Source: Ruditapes philippinarum
Taxonomy: Eukaryota
Direction of reading: 5' to 3'
DNA length: 64,000 nucleotides
Assembly: GCF_026571515.1 (NCBI RefSeq)
Contig: NW_026852705.1
Span: 434,001 to 498,000 of the forward strand
Position 1 is the stretch's first letter. The number at the start of each line of letters is the position of its first letter. A model generated the notes under the pieces. The model made no database searches, was not told the origin of the DNA, and saw only the letters and a list, made by a program, of their open reading frames with translations. Positions 26,886 through 37,340 of this stretch are shown here, piece after piece. The position numbers and the translations under genes were made by a program.

Positions 26886-27122
26886 TGAACCGCGTCACGA
26901 CAAAACCAACATAATGGGTTTGCGACCAGCATGGATCCAGACCAGCCTGCGCATCCGCGCAGTCTGATCAGGATCCATGCTGTTCGCTTACCAACTCAAT
27001 TACAAGTAGAGAAACTGATAGCGGACAGCATGGATCCTGATCAGACTGTGCGGATGCGCAGGCTGTTCTGGATCCATGCTGGTCGCAAACGCACTATGTT
27101 AGTTTTATAATGACGCGGCTCA
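26886..27122. mobile_element. Palindromic MITE copy 4
   Basis: Same TIRs, flanked AT/AT. Confidence 0.9.
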
Positions 27123-28051
27123 ATTATGCTGTCACGTATGATGTCAGGTGTCCTGGTTATGGCAAACAGATTAAGGTTTGGAAAATATGATTATAACTAT
27201 GATAATGAGATCTGACAATCGCCGGCCAAAATGTCATATAACGTATTGAGAAACTTAGAACTAACCTAACCATAACTAAATGGAGAATTTGCAAAACGAA
27301 ATGTTCGATACACATAACGAAATGTTCTGGCGGAGTTCGCACATATTGTTGATACTCATAAAGTTATGAAATATGCTTATAACGAAATGATCAATATATG
27401 TACATGTTAGTGTAATGAAATATGCACAAAGAATGATGAATATAATGATTTTTAATGCACATAACGTGATGAAGTGTACGTCTAATGAACTGATCAACAT
27501 TCATAATGTAATTCAGTATGTACAGGCCAAGGCGTTCCATATAAACTTCAGTGACCTTTATCTATCAACGTTTCGTTCCATGAGAACATTTTCCCCTTTT
27601 TGGAGCCCCATTACAAATACAATTTTCTTTAAAAGATAAGCAAAGGTCAAAATAAATGATATTATTTTCAATAGGTCTGTTTTCTGATCTCATAACGGAA
27701 CTGAAAAGGGGAGAGCGAGTAAGATTTACTTTTTACAATTTTGTACTTTATTATAACAATGCAGAATGGCTGAATGGACAAAACTTAGATTTGACTGTCT
27801 TGTTTTATCTTTTTAGTATCAAACTCTCAAACTAAATCCACAGCTTGTACATAATTATTCTATTTTATTGTATTTCGATGAAACTGTTTTATTCAACCAT
27901 CTGGTACCGATTTACAATCAATCTTTTGATATCGTTTAGTAAAGTCCTATTCAGTAAGACTTTCAAAGTAAAACATGAATTTTATATATTGCCTATGTAA
28001 TTTTTGCCTTCATAATATCAGTTTGCGTATTTTTTTTACCAACAGTTCATC

Positions 28052-31000
28052 ATGTTCGTAGTTTTCGTTGCCCTTCTGTCATCTGCTTCGGCAGCCAAAT
28101 ATTGTTGCGCTCCGCCCCAATGGGAGGGGGACATGGGCATTGTCATGGGCATTGTTAATCAAGGACAGTCAACGATAGTAGAGGTTTGTTTCCACATTAC
28201 TATTAAGTTCTCTTTTCTTAAACTTTTTACATTGTAAAATCACGTGACGGATTTCTTTTTGTAACATGACTGCGGTCCAGTCCAAAATATACGGATTGAG
28301 GGATTTTCGGCGGTAACGAGGCTTTGTTCGAAGTATTCCGCCAAACATTTACGCGTGAGCTCGAATTTCCGGTTTGTTGCATCAGCAAGAGTTTAACACT
28401 TATTGCAAGAAAACCCTCTGTTAATATATAGGTAATTCACACTGTGTTTCCTTCCATCCGCTCTTTCTGAGATAGCTTTAGTTAGTATGGGCTTCTAATT
28501 GATATTTTTGTATGGTTGGTTGATTTTTAATGTGTGACCTTTTCTACCTCAAATGAGCACAGCGTTCTCACGGTGAGCAATTGTGACCAATGCTGTGTAC
28601 GCCGTTCGACGTGGGGCTTCAGAAGTCCTCTTCTTTATAACTGCTATGCCAACAATAGAGCTCTGATACTTTGATGGGAAACTACTTCTAAGTTTGTACG
28701 AATTATGACCCAGGTCAAAATTGGTCTTGTCCTGCAGATCACTTAATTTTAAAAGAAACACCTCATTCTTCTTCAACCAAACTCGAATTAATATTTTGTT
28801 GTGTAGCATTGTCAAGTTAACCTTTACCAAGAATTTGCAAATCGTGACTATGTAGTCAAAATTGGCGCTGATCCATTCAACATAGAATCATATTGGAAGA
28901 AAAACTTTAAATCTTCAACTCCTTAATTTTCATAACTTCAAGGCATAAAGATTTGACATTGTGTGGGAAGACCATTACCAAGTTTGTTCAACTCTTGAGG
29001 GGTCAAAATTGGCTTCGCTTCCAGGTTCACTTTTTGTTTTTACATAGACTCATATAAAGGGAGACCAAAAGAAACTCCCCTCATCTCAAAACACAACGTC
29101 AAGAGCTAAAATATTGGTATTTGGTGTGTGTCATTGTCAGGTTTATTTTCCCAAAGACAATGGCTTTCATGTGAGCGATCATGACCCTTTATTGGTGGTG
29201 GTGGTTGTTGTTGTCACCGAAAATATGAAAATGTAATAATATTTATAATCATTTATATTTCGTTGTTCGTTTTAAATGTACATCAATGTATGTATACACG
29301 TTAATTTATGATTTGAATGTTATGATAATGAATAACTTCCAATATCCATTTCATTTTGATCAGGGGACGATGACCATTTCAACTGACGAAGTGAATGAAA
29401 TTGTTGCATTCAACCAAACACTGGCGGTGGACGGAAAACCCGTAAACCAGCGTATAGTTAACGATAAGAAAAATGTAAGACTTTTAATTAAAAACCACTT
29501 ATGCATTAGAAATGATTTGATTTTACAAGTCTCTGGCCGTGTTTTAACAACCCTCGTATAAAATATGTAAGACTTTTAAAAACCAAATATGCATCAGATA
29601 TGATGTCCCAGGCCTATTGCATTTATTTTTTTAACAATCCTTGTTAAAGGTTTTTATTTGTAGCGTCCTGTAATAGTTTCTAAAAATTTATTTATTGGCC
29701 ATTCACCTGTAACATCCTTTGCTGCCTTAAAACCATCATTTAAACAGTATAAAACTCATGTAGTCATTTCTAAATTAATGTGTCTTTTAAAATGGTCTTT
29801 TAAATACAATGTACATCTTTAATCATTTTATACCATATAAAACGTTATCAATTAATGAACTATGAGATATTCCAATAAAAAAACATTTTTGAATCAAATC
29901 TCATAAAGCCCCGTTTTCAATTTCTAAGTCTAAATTATTTCATACTACTGCATATTGTACCCCACATAGCCTTGTTTCATTTCTCAGTCCAATATAGATC
30001 TTATATAATTTATCATTTCAGAATGTAATGTACATCATGGACTCTACCGGTTGTCACAAAACTGTTGCCTCACCATTTCTCCTCGGCTGTATTCCAGGTA
30101 TTTGTATAAGTTAGCTGTTTTATAAAACAATGGCATTTCTTATAAATATATGTAAAAATATATACATGTATATAAAAACCCTCTATTAAGACCACTAAAA
30201 TGTCTAAATAAAACAGTCTTAATAGCTGTGTACTTAAAAATATATGTGCATGAACTTATATGATATAAAATACGTACATGTTTGCACTTTTTAGACAATG
30301 ACAATTACAAACTACGGTTGCACAAAGGTGACATGTGTGCTTTTATTTATCTCGTGCGCACGAGATACTATGTCGTGGCCACGAGTTACTAAGTCGTGGT
30401 CCCGAGATAGCTAAGTCGTGGCCACGAGATACTATGTCGTGGCCATGAGTTACTAAGTCGTGGCCACGAGATAGCTAAGTCGTGGCCACGAGATACTATG
30501 TCGTGGCCACGAGTTACTAAGTCGACATAGTATCTCGTGGCCACGACTTAGCTATCTCGTTGTCACGACTTAGTAACTCGTGGCCACGACATAGTATCTC
30601 GTGACCACGACTTAGCTATCACGTGGCAGTATTTTCAAAGATTAATGTTGTAAAATAAGTTGTTAAGTTCAAAAATTTCATAATATATATAGCGTATTCT
30701 GATAGGTTAATTATCTCGTGCGCACGACTTAGTTATCTCGTTCGTACGACTTAGTAACTCGTGGTCACGACATAGTATCTCGTGGCCATGACTTAATTAT
30801 CTCGTGACCACGACTTAATAACTCGTGGCCACAACCTAGTATCTCGTGGCCACAACTTAGCTATCTCGTGGCCACGACTTAGTAACTCGTGGCCACGACA
30901 TAGTATCTCGTGCACAAGAGATAAATAAAAACACACTAATGTCACCTTTGTGCCACCGTAGCTTAGAGATACATAGATTCCAGTAATTGGCGAAGGGGCA

Positions 31001-32646
31001 GCCTGCTGAAACATTGTTATTTTGTACCGCCTTTTCTGTTGTTATATGATAGGAATTATTTCAGATAATGCGACAGAGACAACTGATAATATACATTATG
31101 GTCTTGGAAGCAACTCTGTCAAAGTAAAGGCATACACGATTAATTACTCTGGATACTCGGTGTATATGGCCGTGACTGCGGACAGCTGCGTACCCGTCAC
31201 CGAGGTTATAACTGGAAGTCTAGAGGCTATCACAGGACAACAGGAATACGGCCCTTGTACGTATAGTGATCCGCTCTAAAGTCACGCTATCATTTGATCA
31301 TTAAATAACGAATTATTACTTTGCTCTTGAAAATGTTATTCTACGTTTATACGAGTACGTATGTCTGAAATGGTTAAATTGACGAAGTTATTTAATATAC
31401 AATTGATTTGAATTCTACATCTATTTTCAAGCATATTAGATCTCTCCTTCTATTTTCAAGCAGTATCCAGGTCTCTACTTATAATTTCAAGCATTTTCTT
31501 CCACTCTATTTATATTTCAATACATTTTCTAGAACTCTACTTATATTCTACGCATTTTCCAGTCAAGTCTTTTCAAATATCAACAAAAGAAAAAAATACA
31601 AAAAAGTTAGAAAAGAAAAGAAAGACAAGAAGACCTTTTTCATAATTGTTTGTACAAAGAACCAAATTAACCTGCTGGGACCGAACATGATAAGCATGTG
31701 TCACCAGTATAGAGCAACGCCAGCCTGCATATTTGTGCAATCTGTTCATGCTTTAATCTGTTGGTATTTTAATTTTGAAATCCTTTGAATGAACTATCCC
31801 AAATTGAAATTACAGTCAACTATCGTTATCTCGACATCGCTTATTCCATTTTTCGTTATCTTGATCCCGATATTTTCCTTTCTTTATCTATATAAAGTTT
31901 ATCTCGGCTTTTGGATATCTTTTTTTAGTATTTCAAATGAAATTTTAGTGTCATCAGTTATTTTTACACTAAAATCCTTTGCTTATCTCGACGAATAAAG
32001 TGTCTTCTGCCATCGGCACACATTCAGCAGGTTAAGGGTTGACGTAATTTTTTTAACAAAAAATATTCAAGTGCTTTGTCAAGGAGCGACGCTTGAATTG
32101 CAGCAAGTGCAGTTTGAAATGTCGTCTGATAAGTTTTGAGTAGGTAACATGTACAATTGTCTGTTACAGCGGAAACAATGGAGGCTTTATCGTTTGCTAA
32201 CATTAGTCCAGGTATAGCAAATAGAGCCGTGTTCGATGTTCCAGCCCAGTGTGAACCGAGACAGGTAACTATGTTGAATGTTTGATTTGCAATGGTGTCG
32301 AATTTTAAATAACATTCTGATAAGAGTAGATTACGATTCTGATAGTAAATAATGAGAAAAATTATCACAAGTCAATATAAAGTTTGTTCAAGCTACTGAA
32401 ATATGTCGATACTGGGCTGTGCTACTTTTGTTAATTATATAGACAGCTACAGACCATAATTAATTAATGAAGGTCACTCTTAGATTAAAGGTTAATCTTT
32501 TTTTTTACAATATTGCTGATTTTTACATTCCAGTAATGATTTTGATAAATTTAGTTGGTCAAACAAAGTTCCAGATTATAGAAATATTTTCCTTTCTTTT
32601 TTTCCAGACCCAACCAATTGGTCGACGTGCATTATTCGTCATTTGA
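28052..32646 (+). CDS. Ependymin-related protein (EPDR) paralog C, 214 aa, secreted
   Basis: Six exons: 28052-28183, 29364-29474, 30022-30097, 31065-31256, 32170-32264, 32608-32646. Exons 1, 2, 3 and 6 have the same lengths as in paralog B (132, 111, 76, 39 nt). Protein: MFVVFVALLSSASAAKYCCAPPQWEGD...GCHK...GCIP...SCVPVTE...FDVPAQC...TQPIGRRALFVI*. Confidence 0.93.
28540..29190. mobile_element. Degenerate Helentron/pearl-like element in EPDR-C intron 1
   Basis: CTC...GAGCAC...GGTGAGC hairpin at the left end, repeated GTCAAAATTGGC blocks, GTGAGCGATC...CCCTTT at the right end. Confidence 0.5.
30312..30961. mobile_element. Foldback/MITE element whose arms are arrays of a ~21-bp self-palindromic unit
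   Basis: TIRs CTACGGTTGCACAAAGGTGACAT and ATGTCACCTTTGTGCCACCGTAG. Internal units built on TCGTGGCCACGA run in direct then inverted orientation. Confidence 0.85.
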
Positions 32647-32777
32647 TTTCATGTTCATATCATTGTGAAATATAAACTGTATCTATAAACAAACTTGATG
32701 AGTTTTTTTTTCTACATTTAAATGACCGTTCCCTTATATACATTAATAATTACAACAATCAATTATCATAATATTGC

Positions 32778-35122
32778 AAGCAATCCATAAGTCCCCTGCC
32801 GGTTAGAACCCCAGCAACATTCTGATGGGCCATTGGCCATTCAATTTTACCAGTGAATGAATGACATGAATGAACTTAAATCTTTTGAGTTCTAAGTTTG
32901 TCTATATCACAGTAATGTGTTAAGTTTCCCTGCCTAGTAAGGAAATTATGTTTATACAACCTTGTCATATTATTACGATGTGGGATTTTAAAGTAAATCC
33001 TATAAGGAATGAAGAAGTTGGAGTAAAAAATACCAACTTCTCGAAAAAAATCTAAGTTCAAGGGGAAAATAATTTTAATAATTAAGTTTGAAGTAAACAC
33101 CTTAAGAAATAAAGAACTTATAGTGAAAAAGCTGAAAAATTTAAATCAGAAATCTTGAAATTCAGGCTATTTGTTGCCATAGCAACCAGAATTTTCAACA
33201 TAGGAAGAAAGGAACAAGGAACATCGCAATGCGATGCAACCAGGTTTTCAGCAAAATATTTCACAGAAGCTTTGTCATGAAGGGGCATTTGTTTTTAATT
33301 GAACTTTTAGGAGGAATTATGGCTTTTTTAATATTCCTCAAACAAAAATGATTGAGAAATTTTATGTTGTCTATTCGCCTTTTTTCCCCAAATGTTTTAG
33401 AAAGGTAAACAGTACTTTATTTTTGCTTAATTTTTGCATTTTTGCGTCTCTTGTCATTTTCTTTTGTCAACAATATTGGCGTGTGGTGTTTTGTGCGATA
33501 TCAAGAAAAGTATGTTCACAATTTAAAAAAAATACTTGAATGATGTCTTGGAAGAAACATGGGAATTTAGTGAGCGCCAGGGCACTTGATGACAAAGCTT
33601 CTGTGAAAGTTTGGTCAAAATCCATTGAGAAATGTAGGAGAAGTTGCGCACTGTAGAAATTGTTCACTATATATTCTGTATAAGGAAAAAATATACAAAG
33701 GGCCATAATTCGGTTAAATATTATCCAATCACAAAACCCCGACAATATGTGCCAGGCACTTGAAAACAAAGCTTCTAAGAAAGTTTGGTCAAAATCCGTT
33801 GAGAAATGTAGGAGGAGTTGAGCACAGAAGAAATTGTTCTCTATATATTCTGTATAAGGAAAAAATATACAAAGGGCCATAATTCTGTCAAATATTTTCC
33901 AATCACAAAACCCCGACAATATGTGCCAGGCACTTGATAACAAAGCTTCTAAGAAAGTTTGGTCAAAATCCGTTGAGAAATGTAGGAGGAGTTGCGCACA
34001 GAAGAAATTGTTCACTATATATTCTATATAAGGAAAAAAAACAAAGGGCCATAATTAGGTCAAATATATACCAATTGCAAAACCCTGGCAATATGTGTCA
34101 GGGCACTTGATGACAAAGCTTCTGAGAAAGTTTGGTCAAAATCCGTTGAGAAATGTAGGAGGAGTTGCGCACAGAAGAAATTGTTCACTATATATTTTAT
34201 ATAAGGGAAAAAAACAAAGGGCCATTAATTAGGTCAAATATTATCTAATCGCAAAACCCCGACAATATGCGCCAGGGCACTTGATGACAAAGCTTCTGTG
34301 AAAGTTTGGTCAAAATCCGTTGAGAAATGTAGGAGGAGTTGCGCACAGAAACTATATATTCTATATAAGGAAAAAAAAACAAAGGGCCATAATTAGGTCA
34401 AATATATACCAATTGCAAAACCCTGGCAATATGTGTCAGGGCACTTGATGACAAAGCTTCTGAGAAAGTTTGGTCCAATTCGTTGAGAAATGTAGGAGGA
34501 GTTGCGCACAGAAGAAATTGTTCACTATATATTTTATATAAGGAAAAAAAACAAAGGGCCATAATTAGGTCAAATATTATCTAATCGCAAAACCCCGACA
34601 ATATGCGCCAGGGCACTTGATGACAAAGCTTCTGTGAAAGTTTGGTCAAAATCCGTTGAGAAATGTAGGAGGAGTTGCGCACAGAAGAAATTGTTTACGC
34701 CCGCCCGCCCGCCCGTCCGCCCGCCGACATACCTCAATCTAATAACCAGTTTTTTCCTTCGGAAAACCTGGTTAAAAATATGTGCATAATCTCCAGACTG
34801 CCATCTACCCATATTTCTAGTTTCATAAAAATATTTTCAGTACTTTTTGCATTACCACTGGATCCAGGTTATGTGTAAAATTTGCCATATTTTTAGACTA
34901 TATTTGTTGCCATAGCAACCAGAATTTTCAACATAGGAACAAAAGAAAAAGATGTGCATAATCTCCATACTGCCATCTATCCATATATCAAGTTTCATAA
35001 AAATATTTTTAGTACTTTTTGCGTTATCGCGGGATCCAGTTTTGTGGACGGACTGACAGACAGACGGACGGACAGACGGTAAACCTAAAGTTCCCTCCGG
35101 TTAAACCGGTAGGGGACTAAAA
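32778..35122. mobile_element. Helentron-associated (HINE/pearl-like) element interrupted by a second element
   Basis: 5' AAGTCCCCTGCCGGTT, repeated TTGTTGCCATAGCAACCAGAATTTTCAACATAGGAA (33172, 34903), (GGAC/AGAC)n microsatellite and a 3' hairpin CCCTCCGGTTAAACCGGTAGGGGACT. Confidence 0.75.
33213..34777. mobile_element. Nested Helentron-associated element carrying ~6.5 copies of a ~173-bp satellite
   Basis: Subterminal IR AACCAGGTTTTC / GAAAACCTGGTT. GCACTTGA recurs at ~33582, 33757, 33930, 34103, 34278, 34441 and 34613. (CGCC)n microsatellite and 3' hairpin; inserted in an A-run. Confidence 0.85.
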
Positions 35123-35879
35123 GTGCTATACATTTTACAGTAATCAAATCAATTGACAAGACCATTCCAAGTCTAGGTGTATACATCTTGTGAAACAAGA
35201 ATAGTTTGAACCCTCAGCTTAATCACCATTTTCTTCATTGCTGCAGAGTTTAAATAATGAAATAATTATGGGATGTACTGCATGCCAGTGCAAGCCCACT
35301 TAAAACATGCAATACAGATTTTCTTAGAATATCTATATCAAATTGTAAATGTGTTCTTTGACGTGTAGACGTTCAGAAATGCAAGAAAGTCTGTGTATGC
35401 CTATTACAACAAGGGCTTCGCTGAGACAAGGCAATATACTAAATATAACATGTATAAAATGCAGGTAAAAAGTGGGCAGTGATGTCATGAAAGGTGAGTC
35501 GTGTTCGGGAAGGAAAAATTGTACATCAACTGTTTCATTGTAAGTTATAAGAAATGCAGAGATAAAATAATCCTATGATGTGGTTTATAACATTTATGAT
35601 TTGTGTTGGGTATTTCTCTCATACACAGCTGGGACATAATATAAATTCCCAGTTTAGTCCTATTTTTTCACAGAGGGAAGAGGAAGAAGGCGAGGTAATA
35701 CAAACGCCTTTCTTGCTTATACATGTATTTTATTTTTTAAAAATATAATAATATCGTAACAAGCATATTTCACTGTTATACACTGTTAAAATTGTTCAAC
35801 AATTTAGATATATCCAATGTGGAGAATATTACAAAAGCTACAAATTAATCACCATTGGCGCGGCTTGTCTATTCTTGAT

Positions 35880-36110
35880 AGTTTTTGTGGGGTTTTTAGT
35901 GACACAGACATGGTAAAGCCCTATGGTTCCTGGTACAGGAAGACCTCAGGTACCCTTTCGTGCACTGTTTCAAGCACGAGCAGGCACCTGAGTAGAACCA
36001 CCAACATTCTGTTAGCTAGCTGGATAGCTTCCACATAGAAAAGAATACAAAGTCCCTGAAAGGATTCAAGAACAGATGTCGCGGCTTATCTAGGTCTGCA
36101 CCTCTGGCAC
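35880..36110 (-). mobile_element. Probable SINE remnant
   Basis: GC-richer island with body motifs GAAGACCTCAGG and CACCTGAGTAGAACCACC and a degenerate B-box (GGATTCAA). Confidence 0.35.
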
Positions 36111-37340
36111 GGATTCAATTGCCGCAAGCAGGCTAAGAGTTAAAACAAATAAGGAAACATTGTGCTCTTAGACTACAGCAAATCAGTATATATATATAAT
36201 TATATCAGACTTAATTTTCTTATAAAATGTTGTTATGTCCTCACAAAAACATTTTTATCATATAAATTTAATTTATTTTTCAACTTCATAGTGCTTCAGC
36301 TATAAATGTAAACACTCAATTAAGTTGCCCTTACTATTATGTCTCTATCATAATACAATACATGTATTCTAAATCACATATACGAACGTTTGCATATACA
36401 TATATAAAAATAAGATGACCATTTGGTCCCATTATCATTCTATTGCACAATTATCACATCCAAAACACATAAGGGACATAAAATAATAAATTATGTACAT
36501 TCAAGTTCCAATATACAAAGAAGCTGTCTAACATAAGACAATGATTTATATACATGTAAACAAAACAACTAAAGGGTATGGTGTTGTTGTTTTGTTTTTT
36601 TGCCAACAGGCCTGACTTTTATAACATGACCGGAATTTATCAGTAATCAGGACAAGTTTAACCAAGGACTTTAATTTTACATACAAATTGAATTGGCATA
36701 CCAGTTTCATAGGTTATGATCAAATAATGTACATGAATTACTTAAATGGCAGTTTGATATCAATTTTCATAACACACACTTAACTCAGTCAATCAAAATC
36801 ACAGGGTGACAAAAATTAATGTAATGCCTTAACCCTTATCTTACAAAACTTGTATAATGGACTTGTCCTGCTTTTGAATTATGGAACAGTCCATTTGTAG
36901 TTGTAGGGATTTCAGTATTGATAATTACAATCATAAAATTAAGCAGACGTAACTGTTGACAATAAAGAGCTTTGTGAGCCTTTGTGGAAATGTAGGATAG
37001 TCAAACTCTGTACCGGTGACTAAAGTATTTGGTTTAAGCATGCATCATCACTGCCAATATCCAATAGAGTTACAATGTCAATGATAAATTTACATACACA
37101 TTAAGTTTCCCACTGCATGTATACTATTTATAAGACATTTCAAAAATACACTGTTTTTTCCAAATACATTACCAAGTGGGTCATGACACACCCCTTTTCT
37201 CCAAAATATGGAGCTAAAAATACATTGTTTTATATAAGGCAGTCATTTATCAATTATTTCACAAATTTACATATTTATATACGTATAATATACATGTCTA
37301 TGATAAAGATGAAATTTGTCTGTTTCCTGTGTAAGTTTTG

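Noticed and set aside
30350-30920. CRISPR-like array of short palindromic repeats
   Set aside because: No unique spacers, bounded by TIRs, intronic in a eukaryotic gene, and no cas genes.
33467-34015. 182-aa repetitive hydrophobic ORF
   Set aside because: Translation of ~174-bp satellite units inside a Helentron-like element.
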